The position numbers and the translations under genes were made by a program. The notes under the pieces were generated by a model. It had not been told where the DNA came from, did not search any database, and worked only from the letters and a program-made list of their open reading frames with translations. Below are positions 8,362 through 20,430 of a DNA stretch of 33,757 nucleotides, piece after piece. The first letter of the stretch is position 1. Every line of letters begins with the position of its first letter. The stretch comes from Candidatus Caldarchaeum subterraneum. GTDB lineage: Archaea > Thermoproteota > Nitrososphaeria_A > Caldarchaeales > Caldarchaeaceae. The stretch spans positions 1 through 33,757 of the forward strand of contig DQVM01000012.1 in NCBI GenBank assembly GCA_015661775.1, written 5' to 3'.

Positions 8362-9711
8362 GTGAAACAGCAGCTGGAACAGGCTTACAAGGAGGTTGAG
8401 GGGGACTTACTTAAAGACCTCAGGCAGCTTATCTCCTTCGAAAGCGTATCCGCCTACGGTAGTCAACTGGATGAATGCGCCTCCTTCCTAAAGGAGCTGC
8501 TTAGGGGGTTTGGTTTCTCGGTTGAGGTTGTGAAGAATAAAGCCAACAAGCCTGTAGTGCTGGCTGAGCGTATCCCAAGAGGTAACGGAGGGGCTACTCT
8601 ACTCCTCTACAACCACTACGACGTCCAGCCTCCTGAGCCTCTCGAGGAGTGGAGCAGCAACCCGTTTGAGCTGGTTGAACGGGGAGATAGGCTCTTCGGC
8701 CGTGGGGTCGCTGATGATAAGGGGGACATTATTTCACGCCTCTACGCAGTTGAGATACTTGATAAAATAACCTCGGGGGAGGCTGGTTTAGGGATTAAAT
8801 GGATTATAGAGGGTGAGGAGGAGGTTGGAAGCCCCAGCCTAGATGCTTTCGTGGCTGAGCATCTGGATAAGATACGCGCCGACGCCTGTCTCTGGGAGGC
8901 CGGAGACCTGACCGAGCAGGGGATACCCAACTTCTACCTAGGGGTTAAGGGCATGCTCTACGTGGAGATAAGCAGGAGGACGGCGGATTATGATAAGCAC
9001 AGCATGTACGCACCCATAATACCCAACGCAGCGTGGGAGTTGATTCAGCTCCTCTCCAGATTAAGGGATAAACGAGGAAGGGTTAGGATACCGGGTTTCT
9101 ACAAACGGGTAAAACCACCAACCAGAGAGGAGCTTAAGAGCATACGGGAGATAAGAATAGACTATAAACGATTAATGCAGCAGCTGGGCATAAGGGAGGT
9201 GAGGCATAAGACAGCATACCAAGCCCTACGTGAGCTGGTCTTCGAACCAACCTGCAACATAGCTGGATTGGCTTCTGGGCATGTGGGGAAGGGGGCCAAG
9301 ACCATAACACCCTCCCTAGCCTCCGTTAAGATCGACTTCAGACTCGTGCCGGGGCAGAGGCCTGAGGAGGTGCTGGAGAGCCTCAGGAGGTTCGTCAAGC
9401 GTTTCGGGGATTTCGATATTAACGTATATACCATGCTGCCGCCGGCTAGGTGTAGGCCAGGCTCCCCGGTGGTTAAGGCTGCTGTGGAGGCTGCTGTGGA
9501 GATCTACGGCGTTAAGCCCAACGTCTTCCCCTCCATGTACGGTACAGGGCCTTTAGCATCTATTGTGAAGCATGGCATAGACGCGGGTATGCTGAACAGC
9601 ATATCCAACCCGGAGTCAAACCTACACGCCCCCAACGAAAACATAATGAAGAAGGACCTGATGCGTTCAACCCTCCAGCTGGCTTCTATGTTCAGACGCT
9701 TAGCTACATAA
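8362..9711 (+). CDS. M20-family metallopeptidase (ArgE/DapE/CPG2-like dipeptidase or deacylase)
   Basis: 449 aa. LLYNHYDVQP, GRGVADDKG and IEGEEEVGS are the typical M20 metal-ligand motifs. GTG start. Confidence 0.75.
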   Translation: MKQQLEQAYKEVEGDLLKDLRQLISFESVSAYGSQLDECASFLKELLRGFGFSVEVVKNKANKPVVLAERIPRGNGGATLLLYNHYDVQPPEPLEEWSSNPFELVERGDRLFGRGVADDKGDIISRLYAVEILDKITSGEAGLGIKWIIEGEEEVGSPSLDAFVAEHLDKIRADACLWEAGDLTEQGIPNFYLGVKGMLYVEISRRTADYDKHSMYAPIIPNAAWELIQLLSRLRDKRGRVRIPGFYKRVKPPTREELKSIREIRIDYKRLMQQLGIREVRHKTAYQALRELVFEPTCNIAGLASGHVGKGAKTITPSLASVKIDFRLVPGQRPEEVLESLRRFVKRFGDFDINVYTMLPPARCRPGSPVVKAAVEAAVEIYGVKPNVFPSMYGTGPLASIVKHGIDAGMLNSISNPESNLHAPNENIMKKDLMRSTLQLASMFRRLAT

Positions 9712-10852
9712 GCGCCTTAGCCAGCTTCATGGCGAAGATGGGGTGAGACATCAGCTTCTTAGCTACTTTAGTCAGGTTAATCCCGTTAGCCAAATCCAGT
9801 ATATCATCAGCCCTAAGCAACTTAGCCAAGGTATCCAAGTCCTCATCAGATAAGTTCTCAACCGCACGCATAGCCTTTAGACTCTTCCTTATCCTCTCAA
9901 CCCACGGCTGGTAAAGCTCGTAGAACCTTGAGAGCCTCTGCCTAGACGCATCCCCATCCGCAGCAGCCTCAGCAGCTACTTTACCAGCTGCTAGGCCCGC
10001 TGATACGCTGCTGTGGATCCCGGCCCCCGTTAGTGGGATTACATGCCCAGCCGCGTCGCCTATAAGGATGACGTTATCAAAGACGCATTCGCTTATCATA
10101 CCCCCTATAGGAACCGGGGCGCCTCGGTAGTCTATTATCTTGGCGCTCCCCAGCTCGTCGCTGAAGCGTTTCACGAAAACGTCTAGGTATTCCTTAGCGG
10201 GGGCTCCTCTAACTCCTATCCCCACCTCAGCCAGCTTCTCGCTGCGGGGGAATATCCATGCATAGCCTTTGGGGGCTACTTTATTCCCCAGGTAAAACCT
10301 GACCGCGTCTGGGTATTTCAGCCTGCAGTTGGCCATGATGTACTGGACCGTTGGTATTGGCTCGGATTTCTCAGTAACTCCTATGCACCTAGCTACTGTT
10401 GAGTTGTAGCCGTCGGAGCCTATCACAACCTTAGCGACATACTCCCCTTGACGGGTTTTGACCCGCATACCAGGCCCTTCCCTAGATACGTTGAGAACCT
10501 CCTCCTTAACGTGGATATCCGCCCCAGCCTCCGCGGCTTGGGCCGCTATCTCCTGTATGAAATGGGACTTGTTTATGTTATATCCTATCATGTTGATCTC
10601 CACAGCTATCATGCTGGGGGAGTATACTATCGCGTAAGCCTCCCGCATAACGATACGCGGAGAGGGATCTACCCCCGCTGTCTTTAGGGTCTCCTGGCTA
10701 CACGCCTCCCCGCAGGGTTTGTTCGCCATTATAGTTGGGTGCTTCTCGAAGAGGAGAACCCTAGCACCTGCCTCCGCAGCGGCTTTAGCTGCTGAAACAC
10801 CCGCAGGCCCTGCGCCGACAACTATTACGTCATAGTCATTATCTCCGGTCAT
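9704..10852 (-). CDS. Geranylgeranyl reductase family FAD-dependent oxidoreductase (likely digeranylgeranylglycerophospholipid reductase)
   Basis: 382 aa. N-terminal dinucleotide-binding YDVIVVGAGPAGVSAAKAAAEAGARVLLFEK. Internal GSDG and LIGDAAG motifs are typical of archaeal GGR. Confidence 0.75.
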   Translation of the reverse strand: MTGDNDYDVIVVGAGPAGVSAAKAAAEAGARVLLFEKHPTIMANKPCGEACSQETLKTAGVDPSPRIVMREAYAIVYSPSMIAVEINMIGYNINKSHFIQEIAAQAAEAGADIHVKEEVLNVSREGPGMRVKTRQGEYVAKVVIGSDGYNSTVARCIGVTEKSEPIPTVQYIMANCRLKYPDAVRFYLGNKVAPKGYAWIFPRSEKLAEVGIGVRGAPAKEYLDVFVKRFSDELGSAKIIDYRGAPVPIGGMISECVFDNVILIGDAAGHVIPLTGAGIHSSVSAGLAAGKVAAEAAADGDASRQRLSRFYELYQPWVERIRKSLKAMRAVENLSDEDLDTLAKLLRADDILDLANGINLTKVAKKLMSHPIFAMKLAKALM

Positions 10853-10994
10853 GCTCTTTAACGGCTATACTCATGGTTCTTCCCTATATAAATCCATTAG
10901 GTTAACAGGTTTGGGTTATAAAAGGTTGGATAGGGGAAAGAGGTTATTACCTAGGAGTTAATTTGGAAATTGTTAGCTTAAGGTTGGAGCGGGT

Positions 10995-11786
10995 ATGAGG
11001 ATTATTCAGGTAGTTTCTTTAGTGGCTGTGGTGGCTATAGTATTCTTTACCGCAGGGTTTTACGTGGCTTATAACATGCAGCAGGTGAGTGTAAAGGAGT
11101 TGGGTAGGCTGCTGGAGGAGAGGGAGGGTGAGGTTAGTTCACTTAACCAGCAGCTGGCGGAGGCTAGGAACAGGGCTAACGAGCTCTCGGCTGAGGTTGA
11201 TAGGCTAAGTAAGCTTGTGGAGGAGCTAGAGAGGGCGGAGAAGAAGGCTAGGGAGGAGCTGGCTAAGGCGGAGCAGCAGCTAAACATGCTAAACGCCAAC
11301 CTGGATGAGAAGACTGAAGCTGTGCAGAAGCTGGAGGAGAAGATAAACAGCCTGAGGGAGATTGTTGAGAAGCTTAAGAACGACCGGGTTCTCCTCAACT
11401 GGATAAGAAACGATATACCAAACGAGAGGGATGAGGCCATGCGGTTCTGGAACGATACTAGGGTTCTAGCAGCTAGGAGCGACTCGTCTCTAGCGGCCTC
11501 TGTTGATGAGATAAGGGCAAACCTAGGGATTTACTTCGACTGGCTGGAGAGCTTCCCAGAGGATGTAACCTTCGAGCAATCCCCCTTCATAGACATGTGC
11601 AACTGGATTCTCCAGAACCCCGAATCCCCCTACAACCTCAGGAGCTTCTGCCAGTGGGTCTTCTCGCAGCCCGCGGGTGTTGGGCTCTACGGCGAGGCGA
11701 TAAACAACTTCATAGACGCAGTATACCTGGTGGTTATGAGTCATATAGACAGGTTGTCTGATGTTATTGAAGAAGAGGAGGGTTAG
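10995..11786 (+). CDS. Membrane-anchored coiled-coil protein of unknown function
   Basis: 263 aa. N-terminal TM helix (IIQVVSLVAVVAIVFFTAGFYVAYNM), then about 100 aa of heptad-like E/K/L-rich sequence, then a Trp/Phe-rich C-terminal domain with no family I recognise. Confidence 0.55.
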   Translation: MRIIQVVSLVAVVAIVFFTAGFYVAYNMQQVSVKELGRLLEEREGEVSSLNQQLAEARNRANELSAEVDRLSKLVEELERAEKKAREELAKAEQQLNMLNANLDEKTEAVQKLEEKINSLREIVEKLKNDRVLLNWIRNDIPNERDEAMRFWNDTRVLAARSDSSLAASVDEIRANLGIYFDWLESFPEDVTFEQSPFIDMCNWILQNPESPYNLRSFCQWVFSQPAGVGLYGEAINNFIDAVYLVVMSHIDRLSDVIEEEEG

Positions 11787-14341
11787 GTTCTTTTCTTGAA
11801 GCGTCTTGAGGTGAGTAAGACTGCTGCAGCGGCCACCAGCACTAGAGCAGCCACGATGGGTAGGAGCGTAGGTATCTCAGCATCCTCCGCGGGGGCTTCG
11901 GCTACTTCAGTAGCTACGGTGGTGGGTGTCGTAGTCTCCGCAGGCGTGGTGGTCTGAACCTCCTCTTCAACCACCTCTATTGTTGTCTTATGTTCATTCA
12001 CCCGTGAGACGCTGTCGCTGTAGAGGAGCAGGTGGAGGTTGTAGAAGCCTGCTGGTATGTCTCCTTCTAAGGGGATCTCAGCAACCCCTTCTCTAGGCTC
12101 AACAACCCCTGATGCTACCTCAGCCCCCGTTACAGGGTTTCTCAAGACGTAACTCAGGTAAAGCGGCTGCTCCCCCCTGACTTTAACTGTTATAGAGCTT
12201 TCTACAGCTAGGTTAACCCTCCTGCTTACCGACGTTACCTCAGGGCTTTGGACCTGGCCGAAGAACCAGTCTCCGGGTTTGAAGGGGTAGCTGGGGTCCC
12301 TGTAGGCCCTAAGCTCAGCGTACTGGGCTGCAGGGTCTATCGTCTCCAGCGTGAATGGGCCGCTGCTCACCACCATATGCCCCCGCTGGTTGAACCAGCT
12401 GAGCAGGGCTTCGTACCTGGCGAGGGCGTTGTCAAGCGTCTCGTATTTCTTTCCAAGTACGTTGAAGAAGCTCTCAGGGTATTCCCTCTCCCGTATCAGG
12501 TCGAGTAGGGTTCTCCTGAGGACGGATACATGCTCCTTGAGTATTAGGCTCAGCTGCTGCCTCGCCAGCCTTGCGGCAGCCGTGTCGCTGTATGTGTATA
12601 GAGGCCTGGGCTTTTCGAAGACCTCCTTATCCATTAGGTAGAGCAGCTCCCAGGGCATCGCTCCTCCCCAGAGTGAGGCGTACTCTGCTATGTAGTTCTC
12701 GTCGAAGTGCCAGAAGTCCACGTAAACCTCCAGCTTATGGTCGTCGACTATCCTGAAGGCCTTGAAGGTTTCTAGGATGGGTTTGCTGGTGGCTGAGATG
12801 GCCACCTCCACCCTTGATTTATCCTCGTCGTATGCTATCTCGAATATCTGGGCTATCGCATACAGTATGTCGGCCATGCTTATCCCTATCCCGTGGTGCC
12901 ACTTCGCGTTGGTGTATAGGCTGTAGTCGAAGGTTACTTTGCTCACGGCCTCCGTCCCCGGCTGGACTCTAACCCACTTATCCTGCTCAGCGTCCCATAC
13001 GACTGCATCCTCAGGTATCTTGAGCCTCCCCTCAGGCCCAGCCGTCTCGACCTCGTACTTGGCTCTGAAGGGCATCGGGATACCTGTGAAGGGGTGCCTG
13101 ACGATAGGCGGGTCTACGAGGTTCCTCCAGATATCCACGCTATACACGTCGTTGAAGCCGGCTACAGGGTTCCATATGCTTCTGGAGGTCCATACCCAGA
13201 GGTGGCCTATCGTTATCTCATCCTCCCCCTCCACGTATGCGTTGCGGAGGAACCAGAGGGACCTAACCCCGGCCCCCAGGTCCTCGGATATTCCTTTAAC
13301 ATCCTTGTTCAGGGGGTAGCTTGTCAAGACCGTGGCCACCCATATCCTAACCGACTCCTCTAGGCAGAGCTCTGTCATTCTCCTGTATAGCTGGTCCCTC
13401 TCCCTCCTGTCGCTGAACTCTCCCTTGAAGATCCTCTGCCCCAGCTCGTCCAGCAGCTTGTTACTGTACTGCCAGTACCCCCTCTCAAGCCAGCCGGGCA
13501 TGTTCCCCAGCCATGGGGCGCACATCTGGTTTATCGTGGCGAAGTCGTATTTCTCCACAGCCCCTCTGCCCCAGCCCTCGGTGTAGAGATGCCACTGGAA
13601 CTCGGCCGGGTCTGTTGTGTAGACCCTGAGTATTGCTTGGGCGAATGGGTGGTAGACCCTCTCGACGGTGAGGCCTGCTTTCTCCAGCTCTGCAGTCAGG
13701 GCCTCGCCTATCTCCCTACGCTCATCCTCTGTTCTTATGACGAACTTAACCACGATGGGCTTGTCGTTGAAGTACCATTTCCCATCCTTCATAACAGCCC
13801 CTGCCTCTGTTAGGGCCTCCGCTATCATCCTACGCCCCAGCTCGGGGTCGTAGCGTATATCCCTAGCCTCCAGCATGTCGAAGATGGTTATGTAATCATA
13901 CTCAAACGGGCTTACGTGGGCCAGCATAGGGACCGCCCTCCCCTTGTAAATCTCCTTAACTATGAAGTCCCTGTTGATTAGGTACTGTATCGCCTGGCGT
14001 ACCTTCTTGAGCTGGAAGGGGTTGAAGCTATCCTCGGTGGATGGGGCGGGGTTGAGGATTATCGAGAGCATGGTGGAGGGCGCTCTGACGAAGGTGAGGT
14101 CGGGGTTCTTCTCCAGCTGCATAACCTTAGAGACCCTCATGTTGTAGAAGTACACGTCCATATCCCCCTTCTCTATGGCTGCAGGCGCTATCTCCTCAGC
14201 GAAGTTCCTGAACCTTACCACATCAACCGCCGGGCCCGGCTGCGTATGCGGGGGCTGGTATTCCTGAGCTAGAGCCGAGGCGGGGATTAGCAGTAGGACA
14301 GCCAGGATATAAGCCAGGGTTATCCTCTTCATCCCCTTCAC
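11783..14341 (-). CDS. Extracellular solute-binding protein, family 5 (Opp/Dpp-type), C-terminally membrane anchored
   Basis: 852 aa. It has a signal peptide (MKGMKRITLAYILAVLLLIPASALAQE) and family-5-like segments (NPFQLKKVRQAIQYLINRDFIVKEIYKG). The C-terminus has a Thr-rich linker (TTTPAETTTPTTVATE), a TM helix and a basic tail. Confidence 0.7.
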   Translation of the reverse strand: MKGMKRITLAYILAVLLLIPASALAQEYQPPHTQPGPAVDVVRFRNFAEEIAPAAIEKGDMDVYFYNMRVSKVMQLEKNPDLTFVRAPSTMLSIILNPAPSTEDSFNPFQLKKVRQAIQYLINRDFIVKEIYKGRAVPMLAHVSPFEYDYITIFDMLEARDIRYDPELGRRMIAEALTEAGAVMKDGKWYFNDKPIVVKFVIRTEDERREIGEALTAELEKAGLTVERVYHPFAQAILRVYTTDPAEFQWHLYTEGWGRGAVEKYDFATINQMCAPWLGNMPGWLERGYWQYSNKLLDELGQRIFKGEFSDRRERDQLYRRMTELCLEESVRIWVATVLTSYPLNKDVKGISEDLGAGVRSLWFLRNAYVEGEDEITIGHLWVWTSRSIWNPVAGFNDVYSVDIWRNLVDPPIVRHPFTGIPMPFRAKYEVETAGPEGRLKIPEDAVVWDAEQDKWVRVQPGTEAVSKVTFDYSLYTNAKWHHGIGISMADILYAIAQIFEIAYDEDKSRVEVAISATSKPILETFKAFRIVDDHKLEVYVDFWHFDENYIAEYASLWGGAMPWELLYLMDKEVFEKPRPLYTYSDTAAARLARQQLSLILKEHVSVLRRTLLDLIREREYPESFFNVLGKKYETLDNALARYEALLSWFNQRGHMVVSSGPFTLETIDPAAQYAELRAYRDPSYPFKPGDWFFGQVQSPEVTSVSRRVNLAVESSITVKVRGEQPLYLSYVLRNPVTGAEVASGVVEPREGVAEIPLEGDIPAGFYNLHLLLYSDSVSRVNEHKTTIEVVEEEVQTTTPAETTTPTTVATEVAEAPAEDAEIPTLLPIVAALVLVAAAAVLLTSRRFKKRT

Positions 14342-16534
14342 CTATCTCCTTCTCCTTGCGACGGCTAATATTATAGCTGAGGCCGCTAGTATGGCCGCCG
14401 CTATAGATACTATCATGGAGATGTTCTGCTGCTCTTCTTTAGGCTGGGATGTTACCATGGGTTTAATCCTGGAAGCGAGTATGTCGGCTATTTCATCCGG
14501 GGTTAGCTGGGGTGCTGTAGTGTTAAGCCTCTCAAGCCTGGATTGAAGCTCGTCGGCTAGCGTGTCTATAACCTCCTCAACCGTGTTGAATCCGAAGCTG
14601 GTGTAGAAGTTGGCGGTTGCTACGTTGCCCAGCACGTCTATTGCTCTTACGGTGTGGGGCCCCTCCCCGGAGAGGGGTATGAATATCTGGGCCGTGAACC
14701 TCCCGTTATCGTCTGTAGCTACTGAAGATACCACGACGCCATCAATCTCTATGAAAACCTCACGCTGACGGGGTGCGAAGTTATGCCCCAGTATTGTTAC
14801 CACCTGCCCCGCAGGCCCCTCAGGCGGGCTTATGGTTATCGAGGGCCTTGAGACGCTTCTAATCCTGGCGAATGCTATGTCCTGGTTTCTGCCCAGAACC
14901 TCGCCTGCTCTACTGTCTGTCCACGCTAGGTAAACGTCGTTGTCGCCGGCTGCTATGCCCCAGTAGTCCCCTATGAATATAGGTATCCCCTTCCCGGGGT
15001 TGCTGGGGAAGTCGCTTACCCTAGAGTTCTCCAGCCAAGTCTCGCCCCCATCCCCTGAGCGGGTGTAGTAGATGTTATACCTGTAGTTGTTGGGGTCATC
15101 CCGCATATCTCCCCACATTACGTGAATCGTCCCGTTGGGCGAAACCGTCAGCGTGGGGAAGAACTGGTTATTCATCGTCGGGTCGTCGTTGAGGCGCTTA
15201 GGCTCTGACCACGTAACCCCGCCGTCGGTGGATTTGGCGAAGAAGACGTCTGAGTTATCCCCAGGCTTCTCGCCTAACGCTCCGAAGACTATGTAAACCT
15301 CCCTGCTGTCGAACGGCGAGACGTCTATGAACGGGAACATGGAGGACCATGAGCGGAAGTAGGTTGGTTTGAGGAAGAAGTCCTGCTCCCACATACCTCC
15401 GGGGACTACTGCGTAGGGCCCTTCGAAGCTCTCTCCACCGTCTTTAGAGACGACCACGTAGGGTGTGAAGAGGCCTTTGAACGGCCCGTCCTGCATCGAG
15501 TCGTAGTAAGCAACATACAGCGTCCCGTCCTTAGCTACAGCTATGTTGCTGCCCTGGACAAGGGGCCTATCCAGCTCGCCTGAGAAGTAGCGGTAAACAG
15601 GGCTTATCCTCACAGGCTCGCTCCACGTCTCACCGCCGTCGGTTGACTTAACCAAGTTGATGGAAACCTCTATGAAAGGAGCTGCCACGAACGGGAACTG
15701 GTCTAGGTAGGGGTAGATTACCCTGAAGTTGGTGTAGGTTACGTAGATGATGTCTTTGCTGGGGTCTTCGGGGTTGGGGCCTATGCCCATCCATAACTTG
15801 TCTATGAAGTCTATGTAAGCCCTATCCTGCTGGGGTGTAGCTAAGCCGACTGCAGCAGGCCTGGGGCTGCTCCAAGTTAGCCCACCATCCCTAGAAACCG
15901 AGACTACTGCGCTGCTCACGGCAGCTATGAAGACTAGGTTACCAACTCTCAGGGGCCTTACGCCTATGGATAGGTAGGCGTAGTATAAGTTCCCCTCCCT
16001 GTCGAATGCTAGAACTGGGTCGGAGCAGAAGCTGTCATCAGGGAGCATGCTGGTGTGGAACGGGCCGAACCACGTCTCACCACCGTCGAAGCTTACGTAC
16101 GAGACGACGCACGCCGTGTCGTAGTCATGCGAGCCTATTACTACATTCTCAGCGTCAAGCGGGTTAACAGCTATTGTGGGCTCGTTCTGGAAAGGAATAC
16201 CCCCAAGGTCGTAGGTTACTATTATGTTGCGGCTGAACTTCTCGGTGGGGGAGCGGTAGGGGATGAAGGCCACAGGCTGGCTGGGCCTAGCGGAGGGGGC
16301 TGCCAGCTCCCCGAACACCTCCCGCTCCCCAGCCTCGCCTGCTAAGAACTTGGAGAACATCAGCCTATGTAAAACCCCGCCTGAAAGGTAATCCTCGATG
16401 GGGGAGAGCATGTATAGGTTATCGAAGGCCCCCGGGGTTTTAACCTCTTCATCTATTGATGAGACTGGGTATGCGAGGCTGCTAACCAGTAGTGAAGATA
16501 GAATAACATAAGCGAAGAGCCTTCCTCTACGCAT
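14342..16534 (-). CDS. Secreted, C-terminally anchored BNR/Asp-box repeat (sialidase-like beta-propeller) protein with an Ig-like (IPT/TIG-like) domain
   Basis: There are six Asp-box motifs: SFDGGETW, SRDGGLTW, STDGGETW, SKDGGESF, STDGGVTW and SGDGGETW. The ATG at 16534 gives a classic signal peptide, MRRGRLFAYVILSSLLVSSLA. Alternative starts are 16561 (ATG) and 16603 (GTG). The C-terminus has a TM helix plus RRRR. The stop codon abuts the SBP start. Confidence 0.7.
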   Translation of the reverse strand: MRRGRLFAYVILSSLLVSSLAYPVSSIDEEVKTPGAFDNLYMLSPIEDYLSGGVLHRLMFSKFLAGEAGEREVFGELAAPSARPSQPVAFIPYRSPTEKFSRNIIVTYDLGGIPFQNEPTIAVNPLDAENVVIGSHDYDTACVVSYVSFDGGETWFGPFHTSMLPDDSFCSDPVLAFDREGNLYYAYLSIGVRPLRVGNLVFIAAVSSAVVSVSRDGGLTWSSPRPAAVGLATPQQDRAYIDFIDKLWMGIGPNPEDPSKDIIYVTYTNFRVIYPYLDQFPFVAAPFIEVSINLVKSTDGGETWSEPVRISPVYRYFSGELDRPLVQGSNIAVAKDGTLYVAYYDSMQDGPFKGLFTPYVVVSKDGGESFEGPYAVVPGGMWEQDFFLKPTYFRSWSSMFPFIDVSPFDSREVYIVFGALGEKPGDNSDVFFAKSTDGGVTWSEPKRLNDDPTMNNQFFPTLTVSPNGTIHVMWGDMRDDPNNYRYNIYYTRSGDGGETWLENSRVSDFPSNPGKGIPIFIGDYWGIAAGDNDVYLAWTDSRAGEVLGRNQDIAFARIRSVSRPSITISPPEGPAGQVVTILGHNFAPRQREVFIEIDGVVVSSVATDDNGRFTAQIFIPLSGEGPHTVRAIDVLGNVATANFYTSFGFNTVEEVIDTLADELQSRLERLNTTAPQLTPDEIADILASRIKPMVTSQPKEEQQNISMIVSIAAAILAASAIILAVARRRR

Positions 16535-16658
16535 GGGAGGAAGACTACATAGCTTGGTCATAAGCTTTTTACCACATCCACAAATCTGTTGTAGTGCTGT
16601 CACTCTTTTTGTAAATCTTTAAAAACTATTATAACGTAGGGAGCTGGAGCTGGAGGGT

Positions 16659-17342
16659 ATGAGTAAGGTCCACGGGTCGTTGGGGGGTTTGTTTTTCTCG
16701 TTTTCAGCTCTGCTAGTAACCGTCTTTCTGGCCTCTGTCTTTCTGGCTTCTGCTGCGGAGCAGCCGGGGACGAACTTCAGCACCGCAACCGAGCTGGCGG
16801 AGGGGGATTACTCCTTCTTCCTAGACGTAGGCGACCTCCACTTCTTTAAAGTTAGGCTGGAGAGGGGAGAGACCCTGATAGTCACCCTCCGAATGCCGGT
16901 AAGGGAGGATTTTGACATCGTACTGCTCGGGCCTGCTAGGGATCTGCTGGAGAGGGGTATTAAACCCGCTGGTTTGACTGAGCGGATAGGGGTTCTGGCA
17001 AGCGAGTCTGGGTATTACTATATTGTGGTGACCGCATTCGGCCGTTCATCAGGAACTTATACGCTGACCATAGATATACTCAAGCCGAGCGCAGAGACCG
17101 TTACGCGTACCGAGACTGTGATTTCCTCAACGACGGTGACTGAAACCCAATACATGGTGCATACCGTTACTGTAACTGTTGAGAGGATGGTTACTTTAAC
17201 TGAGGCTGTTGAGAGGGAGGTTGAGTCTATTCCGTGGAGTATGCTGGGGCTTATCGCCGTGGCGTTAGCTATAATATACGCTGGGTTTTCGTTTAGCAGG
17301 CCGCAGGGTAGGGTAGGCCAGGCTTCGGGCCTGCCGGAATAA
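16659..17342 (+). CDS. Secreted, C-terminally anchored protein with a PPC-like (pre-peptidase C-terminal-like) beta-sandwich domain
   Basis: 227 aa. It has a signal peptide. FSTATELAEGDYSFFLDVGDLHFFKVRLERGETLIVTLRM...DFDIVLLGP...SGTYTLTI resembles PPC/collagenase-type accessory domains. A Thr/Val-rich stalk and a C-terminal TM helix follow. A GGAGGG sequence lies upstream of the ATG. Confidence 0.45.
   Translation: MSKVHGSLGGLFFSFSALLVTVFLASVFLASAAEQPGTNFSTATELAEGDYSFFLDVGDLHFFKVRLERGETLIVTLRMPVREDFDIVLLGPARDLLERGIKPAGLTERIGVLASESGYYYIVVTAFGRSSGTYTLTIDILKPSAETVTRTETVISSTTVTETQYMVHTVTVTVERMVTLTEAVEREVESIPWSMLGLIAVALAIIYAGFSFSRPQGRVGQASGLPE
16722..16751 (+). repeat. Tandem 15-bp duplication (gtctttctggcctct / gtctttctggcttct) inside the signal-peptide region
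   Basis: Two adjacent 15-mers with one mismatch. They encode VFLAS-VFLAS. Confidence 0.85.
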
Positions 17343-17374
17343 TAAAAGGTAAACAAAAATAAAATCTAGGGTTT
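17343..17374. terminator. A/T-rich spacer between convergent genes; candidate bidirectional oligo-T terminator
   Basis: The plus strand ends in gggttttta. The minus strand reads attttatttttgttt. It is the only convergent junction in the window with a clearly T-rich spacer. Confidence 0.35.
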
Positions 17375-20328
<2,954 letters not shown>

Positions 20329-20352
20329 TTCTACGCTCTCTCAGGATACCCT

Positions 20353-20360
20353 AATTTTAA
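20353..20360 (-). promoter_or_regulatory. TATA-like box (TTAAAATT on the minus strand) for the OFOR operon
   Basis: Centred about 28 nt upstream of the ATG at 20328, which suggests a leaderless operon transcript. Confidence 0.4.
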
Positions 20361-20410
20361 GACCATAATATAACTATACATCAATCGCCCTGCTGTTGGT
20401 TAAAGGGAGT

Positions 20411-20422
20411 AAAGAAAAATAA
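20411..20422 (-). terminator. Oligo-T tract (ttatttttcttt on the minus strand) downstream of hsp20
   Basis: It starts about 9 nt after the TAA stop at 20431-20433. Confidence 0.35.
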
Positions 20423-20430
20423 CGAGAAGT

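Noticed and set aside
10922-10988. AAGGTTGGA direct repeat (two copies 58 bp apart) in the GGR/coiled-coil divergent spacer
   Set aside because: There are only two 9-mers in an AGGTT-rich spacer. That is too little to distinguish an operator from chance without comparative data.
12248-14147. A series of 61-126-aa plus-strand ORFs within the SBP gene
   Set aside because: All lie antisense to the 852-aa family-5 binding protein and show no motifs or plausible promoters. They are shadow ORFs.
16639-16656. ggagctggagctggaggg micro-repeat just upstream of the PPC-like gene start
   Set aside because: It is only 2.5 copies of a hexamer. It is most simply a purine-rich Shine-Dalgarno-like context (GGAGG) for the ATG at 16659.
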